DNA of 53,130 nucleotides from Acidimicrobiales bacterium (GCA_047516945.1 JAKZTU010000048.1:1-53130); one strand, 5' to 3'. Shown: positions 20,443-30,508, counted from the stretch's first letter. Notes: generated from the letters alone by a model not told the origin. Translations and numbers: made by a program.

Positions 20443-20727
20443 ATGGCTCACGGCTACGACACGATGATGAATCCTTCGATTGAGGGTCTCCTCGATGATG
20501 TCGGTTCCAAGTTCCGTCTCGTCACCCTCTCAGCCATGCGGAGTCGTGAAATCACCAACTATGTGGGGCAACTTGGCCGCGGCATGGGAGCGTCGATACC
20601 TCCCCAGGTTGCATCGACGGCCAGCAAGCCATTGTCGATTGCCTTTGAAGAAATCGCCGCGAAAAAGATCGTAGCAATCGAGGTTGATCCCGAAGCTGAA
20701 ACCGCTCCGGACTACGTGGGTGCCTGA
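20443..20727 (+). CDS. rpoZ: DNA-directed RNA polymerase subunit omega
   Basis: SKFRLVTLSAMRSREI; 94 aa; gmk-rpoZ order. Confidence 0.9.
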   Translation: MAHGYDTMMNPSIEGLLDDVGSKFRLVTLSAMRSREITNYVGQLGRGMGASIPPQVASTASKPLSIAFEEIAAKKIVAIEVDPEAETAPDYVGA

Positions 20728-20754
20728 CCCAATCATTTGGGCAGTGTCTGCGGC

Positions 20755-21999
20755 ATGACCACGCTCTCGGGTCGACGCATCATTCTCGGTGTCACCGGCG
20801 GGATCGCCGCCTACAAGGCGGTGGATCTATGTCGTCGTCTAGTCGACGCCGGGGCACATGTAACACCGGTCTTGACCAAGGGTGCCCTTGAGATGGTTGG
20901 TGAGGTCACCTTTTCTGCGTTGGCCAGCGAAGGAGCCCGCACATCGCTGTTCAACGACCCCGCCACTCCAATTCCCCATACCGTGATGGGGCAGAACGCA
21001 GACATGGTTCTTGTAGCCCCGGCAACTGCCCGGATCATTTCCGATATTCGCACCGGGCGTTCCGGCGATCTACTGACAGCCACGATTCTTGCTACCCGGG
21101 CACCGCTGATGGTCTGCCCGGCGATGCACACCGAAATGTGGGAACAGGTCTCCGTGCAAGAAAACCTTGCGGTACTGCGTTCCCGTGGAGTGCATGTTGT
21201 CGATCCCGAAAGCGGTCGCCTCGCGGGAGGCGATTTTGGGCTTGGGCGTCTCGCCGAACCAGCCACGATTGTGACTGCTGTCGAAAATGTTCTTGCCACA
21301 GGCGATCTTGCGGGCAAGCGAGTGCTGGTCACCGCAGGCGGTACCCGCGAACCGATCGATGCAGTCCGCTTCGTCGGCAACCGATCCTCGGGCAAACAAG
21401 GGCACGCATTGGCCCAAAACGCTGCTGAACGCGGTGCTGATGTTGTGCTGATAACTACCAGTCCGACGAGCGCCCCAAGCGGCGTTCGCGTCGTGAATGT
21501 GTCCACAGCCGCCGAAATGCACCGGGCCTGCAGCGATGAGGCGCCTCAAGCTGATGTGGTTGTAATGGCTGCCGCGGTTGCGGACTTCCGACCCCGAGAA
21601 ATCGTGGATCGCAAGCTCAAGAAGGATCAGGGCACGCTCAGCGTTGAATTTGAACCCACCGTCGACATCCTCGCCGGACTAGGCGCAGCCAAACCCAACG
21701 GTCAGGTACTGATCGGATTCGCTGCGGAGACTGTCGACGTTGAACACAACGCGGCCGCAAAACTCGACAAGAAAAACCTCGACATCATTGTGGCCAACGA
21801 TGTTTCCAAACCAGGTGTGGGTTTTGAGCACGAAACCAATGAGGTTGTGGTGCTTTGTGCCAATGGTGTCCGGCGGCAAACGCCACTGTGCAGCAAAGAC
21901 GAGGTGGCACGGGTCGTGCTCGATGCTGCAGTCGAAACCCTCAACCGCGGAACCTTCAACCGCGGAACCTTTAACCGACAGGACAAGGAGCAAGAGTGA
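20755..21999 (+). CDS. coaBC: Bifunctional phosphopantothenoylcysteine decarboxylase / phosphopantothenate-cysteine ligase
   Basis: [21 protein letters not shown], and the NRSSGKQG CoaB motif. ATG at 20755 chosen. Confidence 0.92.
   Translation: MTTLSGRRIILGVTGGIAAYKAVDLCRRLVDAGAHVTPVLTKGALEMVGEVTFSALASEGARTSLFNDPATPIPHTVMGQNADMVLVAPATARIISDIRTGRSGDLLTATILATRAPLMVCPAMHTEMWEQVSVQENLAVLRSRGVHVVDPESGRLAGGDFGLGRLAEPATIVTAVENVLATGDLAGKRVLVTAGGTREPIDAVRFVGNRSSGKQGHALAQNAAERGADVVLITTSPTSAPSGVRVVNVSTAAEMHRACSDEAPQADVVVMAAAVADFRPREIVDRKLKKDQGTLSVEFEPTVDILAGLGAAKPNGQVLIGFAAETVDVEHNAAAKLDKKNLDIIVANDVSKPGVGFEHETNEVVVLCANGVRRQTPLCSKDEVARVVLDAAVETLNRGTFNRGTFNRQDKEQE
21943..21977 (+). repeat. In-frame 15-bp tandem duplication (2.3 copies) in the coaBC 3' tail
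   Basis: aaccgcggaaccttc / aaccgcggaaccttt / aaccg encodes [12 protein letters not shown]. Confidence 0.9.
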
Positions 22000-23198
22000 C
22001 TCGCTGGACCTTCACCTCTGAAAGCGTGACAGAGGGCCATCCAGACAAGATGGCAGATCAGATTTCAGATTCGATTCTGGATGCCATGTTGGCTCAGGAT
22101 CCGATGAGTCGCGTGGCTTGCGAAACAATGGTCACGACTGGTCTAGCCATCGTTGCCGGTGAGATAACCACCGAAGCGTACGTAGATATCGCCAGCACTG
22201 TTCGCGAGACGATCAAGGGAATCGGTTACGACCGTGAAGCGTTCGGTTACGACGGGAATACCTGCGGTGTCATGGTCACCATCGACGATCAGTCGCCCGA
22301 CATAGATCTAGGACTCCGCGCTTCTGAGGAGGTTCGTTCGGGTGTCGCGACCGAACAAGACGTGCTCGACATGCAGGGTGCCGGCGATCAGGGAATGATG
22401 TTTGGCTACGCCTGCGATGAAACCGAAGAATTGATGCCTCTGCCCATCCATCTGGCCCATCGAATGGCCGAGCGCCACGCTGAGGTCCGTAGAGCGGGAA
22501 CGATCCCGTACATTCGCCCTGACGGCAAAACCCAGGTGACTTTCGAATACGAGGACAGCAAACCCATCCGTCTCAAGACGGTCCTGGTTTCTACTCAACA
22601 CAACGATGGCATCGACCGCGACACGATGATCCGGCCTGACTTGATTGAGCATGTCATCGCCCCGGTTATTCCCGCCGAATTCGCCGATGACAACTACGAC
22701 GTGTACGTCAACCCAACCGGCCGTTTCGTCATCGGTGGACCGGTAGGGGACTGCGGGCTCACCGGGCGCAAGATCATCGTCGACACCTATGGCGGCATGG
22801 CTCGCCACGGAGGAGGCGCATTCTCAGGCAAGGATCCCTCCAAGGTTGACCGTTCCGCCGCTTACGCGGCTCGCTGGGTGGCAAAGAACCTGGTTGCCGC
22901 CGGAGCGGCTAGCCGGTGTGAGGTTCAGGTTGCCTACGCCATTGGCATGGCACGCCCCGTTTCAGTTTTTATTGAAACGTTCGGCACTGAGACTGTCGAC
23001 AAAGCCGCGGTCGACACCGCTATCGACGAGATTTTCGATCTCCGTCCTGCGGCGATTCTTCGCGATCTCGACCTGCGGCGCCCGATCTACCAAAAGACCG
23101 CTTCATACGGCCACTTTGGCCGCTCCAGCGACGACGGCCTGTTCCCGTGGGAGAAAACGAACCGGGTCGACGAACTCAAATCAGCGTTGGGACTCTGA
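21996..23198 (+). CDS. metK: S-adenosylmethionine synthetase
   Basis: [34 protein letters not shown]. Confidence 0.95.
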   Translation: MTRWTFTSESVTEGHPDKMADQISDSILDAMLAQDPMSRVACETMVTTGLAIVAGEITTEAYVDIASTVRETIKGIGYDREAFGYDGNTCGVMVTIDDQSPDIDLGLRASEEVRSGVATEQDVLDMQGAGDQGMMFGYACDETEELMPLPIHLAHRMAERHAEVRRAGTIPYIRPDGKTQVTFEYEDSKPIRLKTVLVSTQHNDGIDRDTMIRPDLIEHVIAPVIPAEFADDNYDVYVNPTGRFVIGGPVGDCGLTGRKIIVDTYGGMARHGGGAFSGKDPSKVDRSAAYAARWVAKNLVAAGAASRCEVQVAYAIGMARPVSVFIETFGTETVDKAAVDTAIDEIFDLRPAAILRDLDLRRPIYQKTASYGHFGRSSDDGLFPWEKTNRVDELKSALGL

Positions 23199-23222
23199 GG
23201 GTCCAGAGGCCGAGCGTCTCAG

Positions 23223-24980
23223 ATGACCTTGGGCAAAACCGAACGACGGGTTGTGCGGGTCATTCCCGATGTCTTGGGGATCAATCGGGAGTTCGACTAT
23301 TTCGTTCCTGAAGCGTGGGAGGCTGATGGTCGCTCGGAGCGGCTAGGTATGGGTTCGATGGTGCGGGTGTCTCTTGCGGGGCGACGGGTGGGTGCCTGGG
23401 TGTGTGCTGTTGATGTTGAGCCTGTAGTGGGAGTGGAGTTAGCCCCATTGAAGACCTTGAGCGGCATTGGACCCAGCGCTGAGATGATGGAGTTGGCCAC
23501 TTGGGCCGCGTGGCGCTGGGCGGGTAGCCGAGTGAAGTTCCTGCGTGCAGCTTCGCCGCCTTCGATGCTCGCCGGAGTGCCGCAGGCCGCGAACCGCGAA
23601 CTGGTGCCGTCTGGACCGGTGGATGTGTTTTCGCAAGCCTTTGAGCTGGCTCAAAAACAAGCCGTTGCCGTGGTCCGGACCCCACCGGGCAACGACGATG
23701 TGCCCCTCGCTCTTGAAGCTTGCCGAACCGGTGATGCGTTGTTGCTGTTGGCTGATTCTGGTCGGGCTCGCCGCCTTGGGATTGCTTTGCGCCGTGCTGG
23801 TGTGAAGGTCGCGCTCGGGACTCAGGAGTGGTCTGTGGCCGCGAGTGGCTCCACGGTGGTGGGGACTCGTTCAGCGGCCTGGATGCCCATGCCGCGACTA
23901 TCCGCGGTCGTGGTCTTTGATGAACACGACGAGTCGCTTGTTGAGCAGTCGTCACCCACATGGCACGCGCGTGTGGTCGGGTTGGAACGAGCGCGCCGTC
24001 GTGGCGTGCCGGCGGTTCTCAGTTCCCCGGTGCCGTCACTGGAAGCTCTGAGAGCGGGTCCGTTGTTGCGGCCTGACCGTACCGCGCAGCGCACCGGCTG
24101 GCCGCTGCTTGAAGTGCTTGATCGTCGTGCTGAAGACCCCACCAAAGCGGGTCTTTTTGCCGAGAATATTGCCGGTTTGCTTCGCGGCGAGGGTCGAGTG
24201 ATTTGCGTACTGAATCGCAAGGGACGTTCACGGCTTTTGTCCTGCGCTTCCTGCGGTGAACTGGTGCGTACCCTCGACGGTGCCTCGCACATGGTTCTCG
24301 CAGACCATGAGCTTTCTTCGCCCGACGGGACCGAGGTGCGCCCGCCGGTTTGTGCCCACTGTGGCAATACTCGTTTGAAGAACCTCCGTGCAGGTGTCAC
24401 AAGGGCCAGAGAAGAACTGGCGGCTCTCGTCGGCGAAGCAGTAGACGAGGTCACCGCATCATCTGTGGCAGAACCGACCACGCGCGTCGTGATCGGGACC
24501 GAAGCGGTGCTGCATCGTGTCGCCGCGGCCGATGTCGTCGTGTTTTTAGATCTTGACCAGGAACTGTTGGCACCTCGCCAAAGAGCCGTGGAACAGACGA
24601 TGGCATTGTTGGCACGGGCGGCTCGTTTGTTGGGACCAAGGGACTCCGGTGGGCGTCTCGTACTGCAAACCCGCCAACCCGACCATGAGGTCGTGCGGGC
24701 TGTGTTGCGCGGCGACCCCTCGATCGTCGCCGTCGCAGAACGCGATCGTCGCAAAGCCGCGGGGATCGCGCCTTACGGAGCACAGGTCTTGGTCTCCGGT
24801 GCCGGCGCCGTGGAGTTCGTTGGCGCGCTGGGTCATCCGGTTGGGGTTCGAATCCTTGGCCCCTCCAATGACCGTTGGTTGTTGCAAGCCGACACCCATG
24901 AGCCACTCCTCAACGCCCTCGAAGCAACCCCGCGCCCGGATAGTCGTCTGCGAATAGAGGTTGACCCGCTACGTGTCTGA
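23223..24980 (+). CDS. priA: Primosomal protein N' (PriA-like), short form with degenerate Walker A
   Basis: VVFDEHDESLVEQ (motif II), Cys4 zinc region CASCG...CAHCG, and metK-priA synteny. TPPGNDDV occupies the place of the GSGKT P-loop. Confidence 0.8.
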   Translation: MTLGKTERRVVRVIPDVLGINREFDYFVPEAWEADGRSERLGMGSMVRVSLAGRRVGAWVCAVDVEPVVGVELAPLKTLSGIGPSAEMMELATWAAWRWAGSRVKFLRAASPPSMLAGVPQAANRELVPSGPVDVFSQAFELAQKQAVAVVRTPPGNDDVPLALEACRTGDALLLLADSGRARRLGIALRRAGVKVALGTQEWSVAASGSTVVGTRSAAWMPMPRLSAVVVFDEHDESLVEQSSPTWHARVVGLERARRRGVPAVLSSPVPSLEALRAGPLLRPDRTAQRTGWPLLEVLDRRAEDPTKAGLFAENIAGLLRGEGRVICVLNRKGRSRLLSCASCGELVRTLDGASHMVLADHELSSPDGTEVRPPVCAHCGNTRLKNLRAGVTRAREELAALVGEAVDEVTASSVAEPTTRVVIGTEAVLHRVAAADVVVFLDLDQELLAPRQRAVEQTMALLARAARLLGPRDSGGRLVLQTRQPDHEVVRAVLRGDPSIVAVAERDRRKAAGIAPYGAQVLVSGAGAVEFVGALGHPVGVRILGPSNDRWLLQADTHEPLLNALEATPRPDSRLRIEVDPLRV

Positions 24981-25076
24981 CGACCGCTACAGCGATCCGG
25001 CCCTGCCGACCGCGGTCACTACCGCAGGACCCACAGGGTGCGGGAAATCAAGTCTCTTGGCCTATTCGTTGGTGCT

Positions 25077-25574
25077 CTAGGCAGTCCAGTTGGTGCGGCG
25101 GGTCTCGTAGAGAGCGATTGCGGTTGCGATTGCTACGTTGAGCGAGCCGACTTTGCCGAGTTGGGGAATGAAGGCGACGCTGTCGCAGACGGCGAGCGTC
25201 GCTGGTGTGATACCGCGGTCCTCATGGCCGATCACCAAAGCGATGTCGCCTGCTAGATCGGTGTCGTGCAACGGCAGAGCATCGCTGCTGAGTTCGACCG
25301 CCACGACGCGATAGCCGTTGGCTCGTGCCGCGGTTACTGCCGCGGGACCCGAATCGATCTCCGTCCAACTCAGATATCGGGCGCTTCCGAGTGCCGTTTT
25401 GTCGACCTTGTCGTGGTCCGGGGCAGTGCCCGAGGCGATCCACAGGTGGTCTACTCTCTGCGCAGCAGCCGTGCGAACAATCGACCCGACATTGAATGGG
25501 TTGGCCACGCCGTCGAGGATCAAGGCGACGCGGCCGGTGGTGCGCTGGCGCCATGACCGGTGAAGCCGTTTCAT
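25077..25574 (-). CDS. SpoU/TrmH family RNA 2'-O-methyltransferase
   Basis: LILDGVANPFNVGSIVRTAAA, LVIGHEDRGI, GSLNVAIATAIALYE. ATG at 25574 chosen because the longer ORF overlaps the upstream gene. Confidence 0.85.
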   Translation of the reverse strand: MKRLHRSWRQRTTGRVALILDGVANPFNVGSIVRTAAAQRVDHLWIASGTAPDHDKVDKTALGSARYLSWTEIDSGPAAVTAARANGYRVVAVELSSDALPLHDTDLAGDIALVIGHEDRGITPATLAVCDSVAFIPQLGKVGSLNVAIATAIALYETRRTNWTA

Positions 25575-25597
25575 GCCAGTGCCATCGAGTTGTGTCA

Positions 25598-26242
25598 CTA
25601 GTCCTCCCGTGGGTTGACTTCGAGTATGCGATAACCCGAGCGACTGACCAACCGAATTGTTGGGAATCCTTGGTCTATCAGCCAACGATTCAAAGAGTCG
25701 CTGCCCAGATGCTTTTGCACAACAAGATGAGCTTGACCGTCGGGGTTCAAGCGGCTGAGCCAACTCTCAAGCAGTTGATGCAACGCCGGTTTACCGATCC
25801 GAATCGGCGGGTTGGATAAGATTCGATCAAAGCGAACACCCGCTGGGACCTCGGCGGGTGACGCCACGGTGATGCGATCAGCAGCACCTATTGCTCGGGC
25901 ATTGATCTCGGTCAGGGCCCGGGCCCGTGTGTTGGTGTCTATGGCCCATATTCGCCCGTCGCCGGTTCGCAACGCCGTGACGCAGGCAATCGGACCCCAA
26001 CCGCAGCCAATGTCGAGTGTCACCGCGTTGTCGTCGACCGGAGGAGCTTCTGTCAACAGCAATTTGGTGCCAGGGTCAAGCCGGTCTTGCGAAAACACTC
26101 CCCGGTCCGATGTGAGGGTCGCAGACACGTCAAAGAGGTTGATCTCTACTGGCGCAGGTTTCGATGCCGCCGTCGGCTCCTGATCAAAATAGTGCGCGGT
26201 CCCCACAGCTTCGACCGTACTCGGCGGCGCACTCGCAGCCAC
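25598..26242 (-). CDS. Class I SAM-dependent methyltransferase (RsmC/MTS small-domain type)
   Basis: LDIGCGWGPI SAM motif, the NPPIRIGK (NPPxH-like) motif, and GVFSQDRLDPGT. Confidence 0.8.
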   Translation of the reverse strand: MAASAPPSTVEAVGTAHYFDQEPTAASKPAPVEINLFDVSATLTSDRGVFSQDRLDPGTKLLLTEAPPVDDNAVTLDIGCGWGPIACVTALRTGDGRIWAIDTNTRARALTEINARAIGAADRITVASPAEVPAGVRFDRILSNPPIRIGKPALHQLLESWLSRLNPDGQAHLVVQKHLGSDSLNRWLIDQGFPTIRLVSRSGYRILEVNPRED

Positions 26243-26292
26243 GGTCTTGAGTTCCGAGTTTGTGGGCTGAATCCGCCCGCTAACCTGAGCTG

Positions 26293-26865
26293 GTGGCCAG
26301 TTACGACATTCGTGTCATTGGAGACCCTGTCTTGCGCCAGAAAGCGCGCCAGGTCAACGATATTGACGGCGCGCTGGTGCGTCTCGTAGACGACATGATC
26401 GAAACCATGTATGAGGCGCCAGGGATTGGGCTTGCTGCACCGCAGGTTGGGGTGCAGAAGCGGTTGTTTGTTTGGGACATGGGCGAAGGACCTCGGGTGA
26501 TCGTCAACCCTGAAATTGTTGAATCCGACGGCGAATGGCTCTATGACGAGGGTTGCCTCTCGGTTCCGGGTTTGACCTGGGAAATAGTTCGCCCAAAAAC
26601 AGTCCACCTGGTTGGCCGTGATCTCGACGGCAACGAAATGTCCCTTGAGGTGGACGAACTCGAGGCCCGCCTGTTTCAACACGAAATCGACCATCTCGAC
26701 GGCACCTTGCTGATCGAGCGACTCGACTCCGACACTCGCAAAACCGCGCTGAAGGCAATCCGCGACCTGCAAATGGCCGAGGCCATGCCCACATCGGCAA
26801 GCACTGGATCGGCAAGCACTGGATCGCCGAGTAACCGTGCTAGCGAAGGTCTAAGGCTGCCGTGA
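26293..26865 (+). CDS. def: Peptide deformylase
   Basis: GIGLAAPQ, EGCLSVPG, QHEIDHLDG. Confidence 0.94.
   Translation: MASYDIRVIGDPVLRQKARQVNDIDGALVRLVDDMIETMYEAPGIGLAAPQVGVQKRLFVWDMGEGPRVIVNPEIVESDGEWLYDEGCLSVPGLTWEIVRPKTVHLVGRDLDGNEMSLEVDELEARLFQHEIDHLDGTLLIERLDSDTRKTALKAIRDLQMAEAMPTSASTGSASTGSPSNRASEGLRLP
26794..26826 (+). repeat. In-frame 15-bp perfect tandem duplication (2.2 copies) in the def 3' tail
   Basis: tcggcaagcactgga x2 followed by tcg; encodes SASTG-SASTG-S. Confidence 0.9.
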
Positions 26866-27773
26866 CCATTCCGCCACCGGCGGAGGTTCAGCGCATTGTC
26901 TATCTCGGCACGCCCGCCACCGCAGTGCCGCCCTTGCGTGCACTTTGTGACGCTGGTTACGAGATCGCATTGGTCGTGTCACGCCCCGACACCCGACGGG
27001 GACGAGGCGTGTCCTTTCATCCAAGCCCGGTGAAAGCTGCTGCCCTTGATCTTGGTTTGGACGTAAGCGACGATCTCGAAGACTTGGCGGGAGTCACCGC
27101 CGATCTCGGTGTAGTGGTTGCTTACGGTGAAATCATCCCGCCAACGGCCCTCGAACAGGTGTCGATGGTCAATCTTCATTTCTCGCTGTTGCCGCGTTGG
27201 CGCGGGGCTGCACCAGTGGAGCGGGCAATCCTTGCCGGCGATGAAGTGACCGGAGTGTGTTTAATGGCGGTTTCCGAGGGCCTCGACACTGGAGCCGTTT
27301 ATCGACGAGCCGAAACGCCAATCGACCCCGACGAAGAATGCGGCGCATTGAGAGCGCGGCTGGTAGCGCTTGGCACCGAAGTGTTGATCGACGCGCTTGC
27401 GCAGGGGCTTGGTCCGCCAGAACCGCAACTTGGTGAACCGGTCTACGCTGCCAAGATCACCTCGGCGGATCGTCATATCGACTGGTCACAACCGGCGGTC
27501 CAGATTCACCGGCAAGTGCGAGTCGGAGGCGCTTGGACAACCTTTCGCAACCAACATTTCAAGATCTGGCGTACCGCTGTAGCTGATGCTCCCGATGCTC
27601 CTGTTGCTGAAGCAACGCCTGCCGCTTTGCCGGGATCGATCAGCGGTGTGTCGGTTGCTACCGGCGAGGGACGAATTGATTTGCTTGAAGTGCAAGCGCA
27701 AGGCCGAGCACGGCAGGTTGCATTCGCCTGGCGTAACGGTGCCCGGCTAACGCCCGAAGATCGGTTTGTTTAA
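26862..27773 (+). CDS. fmt: Methionyl-tRNA formyltransferase
   Basis: NLHFSLLPRWRGAAPV; def-fmt coupling (GTGA overlap). Confidence 0.93.
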   Translation: MTIPPPAEVQRIVYLGTPATAVPPLRALCDAGYEIALVVSRPDTRRGRGVSFHPSPVKAAALDLGLDVSDDLEDLAGVTADLGVVVAYGEIIPPTALEQVSMVNLHFSLLPRWRGAAPVERAILAGDEVTGVCLMAVSEGLDTGAVYRRAETPIDPDEECGALRARLVALGTEVLIDALAQGLGPPEPQLGEPVYAAKITSADRHIDWSQPAVQIHRQVRVGGAWTTFRNQHFKIWRTAVADAPDAPVAEATPAALPGSISGVSVATGEGRIDLLEVQAQGRARQVAFAWRNGARLTPEDRFV

Positions 27774-27778
27774 ATCCA

Positions 27779-28903
27779 ATGACCGCAGATGTCCGCCGGA
27801 TCGCTATCGATGCCGTAGTTCGCATCGAATCTGACGGTGCTTACGCCAACGTGCTGTTGCCAAAGATGCTCGCCGAGGTCGACCTGGACGCCCGCGACAA
27901 GGGCTTCGTGACCGAGTTGGTTTATGGGTCGACTCGACGCAAACGAGCACTTGATCATGTTGTCGACCGGTTCTTGGTTCAGGATCCGCCACCGACAGCG
28001 CGTGCCGCGCTCCGGCTGGGTGCCCATCAACTAATTGAGATGGGTACCCCGCCCCACGCTGCGGTGTCGGCCACTGTAGGGGCGACACCCAAGAGGTTCC
28101 GCGGCCTTGTCAACGCCGTTTTGCGAAAGGTTGCGACAGCGCATTCGGCGGGTATCGACTATCCAAACGAAGCGGTGGCGCTCAGCTATCCAGACTGGAT
28201 GGTTGCGCGCCTGATTGAGGATCTCGGCAGCCAAGAGGCCACCGATGCCTTAACGGCGATGAACCTCCCGGCACGACGGCAACGTCGCGAAGACGGCTAC
28301 GTCCAAGACCGAAGTTCCCAGCAAGTCGCAACTCTGGTACCGGCCGCGCCGGGTGATCTGGTGTTGGACCTGTGTGCTGCTCCAGGCGGGAAATCGACTG
28401 AAATCGCCAGCCGGGGTGCCGCTGTGCTTGCCGCAGATCTTCGGCTCGCTCGAGCTGGGCTGATCGTTCAAAACGCCGAAAGGCTGGGCTGTCGCCCCCA
28501 ACTCGAACCGAATGGGGTCGCTGTCGTAGTAGCCGATGGCACTGCGCCTCCGTTTCCAAGCCGCACGTTCGACGCGGTTCTGGTTGACGCTCCGTGCTCG
28601 GGTTTGGGATCTCTGCGGCGTCGTCCCGACGCACGTTGGCGCATCAAACCCAGCGACATTGTCAATCTGGCGACTCTACAGCAGCAACTGTTGACGAGCG
28701 CTGCGGACCTCGTCGTACCAGGCGGGACCCTCGTCTACAGCGTCTGCACTCTCACTACGGCCGAAACCACCAAGGTGCTTGACGCGACCGGCACCGATCT
28801 CAGCGCGCTTGGTTTCAAACAAGTAACAAGCGATCTTTCACTCCCGACAACCGACTGGGACGGCATGTTCTTTTCGGTCTGGACTCGTAGTCCGGGCTCG
28901 TAG
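27779..28903 (+). CDS. rsmB: 16S rRNA (cytosine-C5) methyltransferase RsmB/Sun-like
   Basis: NusB-like N-domain, DLCAAPGGKS, DAPCSGLGSLRRRPD, YSVCT. Confidence 0.85.
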   Translation: MTADVRRIAIDAVVRIESDGAYANVLLPKMLAEVDLDARDKGFVTELVYGSTRRKRALDHVVDRFLVQDPPPTARAALRLGAHQLIEMGTPPHAAVSATVGATPKRFRGLVNAVLRKVATAHSAGIDYPNEAVALSYPDWMVARLIEDLGSQEATDALTAMNLPARRQRREDGYVQDRSSQQVATLVPAAPGDLVLDLCAAPGGKSTEIASRGAAVLAADLRLARAGLIVQNAERLGCRPQLEPNGVAVVVADGTAPPFPSRTFDAVLVDAPCSGLGSLRRRPDARWRIKPSDIVNLATLQQQLLTSAADLVVPGGTLVYSVCTLTTAETTKVLDATGTDLSALGFKQVTSDLSLPTTDWDGMFFSVWTRSPGS

Positions 28904-28931
28904 CGCAACCAGTGCGTATATCGTCGTTGCC

Positions 28932-29453
28932 ATGGCTCACCACCACCATCACGAAGAACACGACTCGGCTGCTGCGCCCCTATACGCGAAGGTTCTAACC
29001 GTCTCCGACGGCGTGGTACACGGCACCCGCCAAGACAAGTCCGGAGAAGCTCTCGAGTCTCACCTGACCGGCGCTGGATGGACAGTCGTGGAACGGACTG
29101 TGAGCGAAGACGGAGAGCATCCGGTGGCCGAGACTTTGACACGCCTCGCCGAAGGCTTCCACGGTCTGATCGTCACCACCGGAGGCACGGGTTTCGGTCC
29201 CCGCGACCGCACCCCTGAAGGGACCAGAGCAGTCATCGACCGTGAGGCACCGGGGTTGGCTGAGGCCATGCGATTGGTGAATCCCCTCGGGCGCCTGAGC
29301 CGCGGCGTGGCAGGGACACTCAACGCAAGCTTGATCCTCAACACGCCAGGATCATCGAAGGGCTGTGTCGAAACCGTCGACGCCGTTCTCGACGTACTCC
29401 CTCACGCGGTACGACTCTTGGTCGACAACACCGACCCCCACCCTCACCACTAA
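28932..29453 (+). CDS. mog: MogA/MoaB-type molybdopterin adenylyltransferase domain protein with His-rich termini
   Basis: TTGGTGFGPRDRTPE motif. N-terminus MAHHHHHEEHD and C-terminus DPHPHH. Confidence 0.8.
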   Translation: MAHHHHHEEHDSAAAPLYAKVLTVSDGVVHGTRQDKSGEALESHLTGAGWTVVERTVSEDGEHPVAETLTRLAEGFHGLIVTTGGTGFGPRDRTPEGTRAVIDREAPGLAEAMRLVNPLGRLSRGVAGTLNASLILNTPGSSKGCVETVDAVLDVLPHAVRLLVDNTDPHPHH

Positions 29454-29465
29454 CCGGTCGCTCGC

Positions 29466-30482
29466 ATGAACCAAGACGAGCACTATATGGGGCTGGCGAT
29501 CAAGGCGGCCTGCAATGCTCGGCATCGGTCGTCGCCGAACCCGTGGGTCGGGGCTGTGCTGGTCGGTGCTGATGGCAGCGTCGTGTCGGGCTCCACGCAA
29601 GTCTATGGAGGAGCTCACGCCGAGATAGTGGCCTTGAACGAGGCGACCAATACTCAAGGCGCCGCGCTCTACACTACGCTTGAACCCTGCAATCACGTCG
29701 GACGCACTGGCGCTTGTGCTGAAGCGCTGATTCGAGCGGGAGTCTCACGGGTTGTCGCAGCGATCCAAGACCCGGACCGGATGGTTGCCGGCAGTGGGAT
29801 TGAGCGTCTTCGTCAAGCAGAGATTGATGTAACAGTGGGTGTGTGTGCCGAAGAAGTCGAGCAGCAACTGCGTCCCTACCTTCACCATCGCCGCACTGGC
29901 CGACCCTGGGTGGTGCTCAAGCTCGCAGCAACGCTCGACGGTCGTGTAGCCGCACCTGACGCAACCTCACAGTGGATCACCGGAACGCAGGCACGGTTTG
30001 ACGTTCACCGGCTGAGAGCAATTTCAGACGCCATTGTTGTGGGTGCGGGTACCGTACGTGCTGACGACCCATCGCTTACCGTGCGCCACTGGCCCGGCCA
30101 TGATCAAACAGTCGACCCCAAAGAGGTCAGCGATCCTCGCCGAGTCGTTCTCGGTTCGGTGCAGGCCACCGCCAAGGTAAACCCCTGTCTCGAATGGGAC
30201 CGAGAGCTTGACGAACTACTTGAACATCTCGGCGACTCCGGAGTCGTGCAATTGCTGGTCGAAGGTGGTCCGACCGTGGCCCACTCCTTCCACAGCGCAA
30301 GATTGGTAGACCAATATGTTCTCTATCTGGCACCGGCCTTCATGGGCGGAGATGACGGTGCTCCGCTGTTCAGCGGTCCCGGTGCGGTGACCATCAGCGA
30401 AATCTGGCGCGCAAGAATAGAGCAAGTCCGAGTGCTGGGCGACGATGTGCGCATAGATGTAGTGAAATTCACCGCTAGTTGA
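29466..30482 (+). CDS. ribD: Bifunctional diaminohydroxyphosphoribosylaminopyrimidine deaminase / 5-amino-6-(5-phosphoribosylamino)uracil reductase
   Basis: HAEIVAL and TLEPCNHVGRTGAC deaminase motifs, plus a C-terminal reductase domain. Confidence 0.9.
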   Translation: MNQDEHYMGLAIKAACNARHRSSPNPWVGAVLVGADGSVVSGSTQVYGGAHAEIVALNEATNTQGAALYTTLEPCNHVGRTGACAEALIRAGVSRVVAAIQDPDRMVAGSGIERLRQAEIDVTVGVCAEEVEQQLRPYLHHRRTGRPWVVLKLAATLDGRVAAPDATSQWITGTQARFDVHRLRAISDAIVVGAGTVRADDPSLTVRHWPGHDQTVDPKEVSDPRRVVLGSVQATAKVNPCLEWDRELDELLEHLGDSGVVQLLVEGGPTVAHSFHSARLVDQYVLYLAPAFMGGDDGAPLFSGPGAVTISEIWRARIEQVRVLGDDVRIDVVKFTAS

Positions 30483-30508
30483 ACCGGTGCGCCGCTAGCC
30501 TCATCGCG

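Noticed and set aside
23822-24754. 310-aa minus-strand ORF, plus other long antisense ORFs (16359-17120, 18322-19149, 35111-35884, 42913-43716, 48086-48820, 33294-33959, 46676-47341)
   Set aside because: Each lies opposite a confidently identified gene (priA, carB, pyrD, pheS/T, xsc, sufB, trmH-like, MBL/flavin reductase). All show Arg/Ser/Pro-rich shadow composition.
24836-24862. tRNA-like T-loop word GGTTCGAATCC
   Set aside because: It lies inside the priA reading frame. No flanking complementary T-stem, acceptor stem or anticodon arm could be drawn. A similar GGTTCGAAC at 5142-5150 also lacks a stem.
25575-25763. 63-codon N-terminal extension of the SpoU-family ORF
   Set aside because: It overlaps the 3' end of the upstream methyltransferase gene. 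The conserved SpoU core starts soon after the ATG at 25574.
28935-28964. MAHHHHH as a cloning-vector His-tag (synthetic construct contamination)
   Set aside because: There are no vector-like linker or protease-site sequences and the flanks are native operon context. The run has only five His followed by EEHD, and a matching His-rich C-terminus suggests a natural feature.
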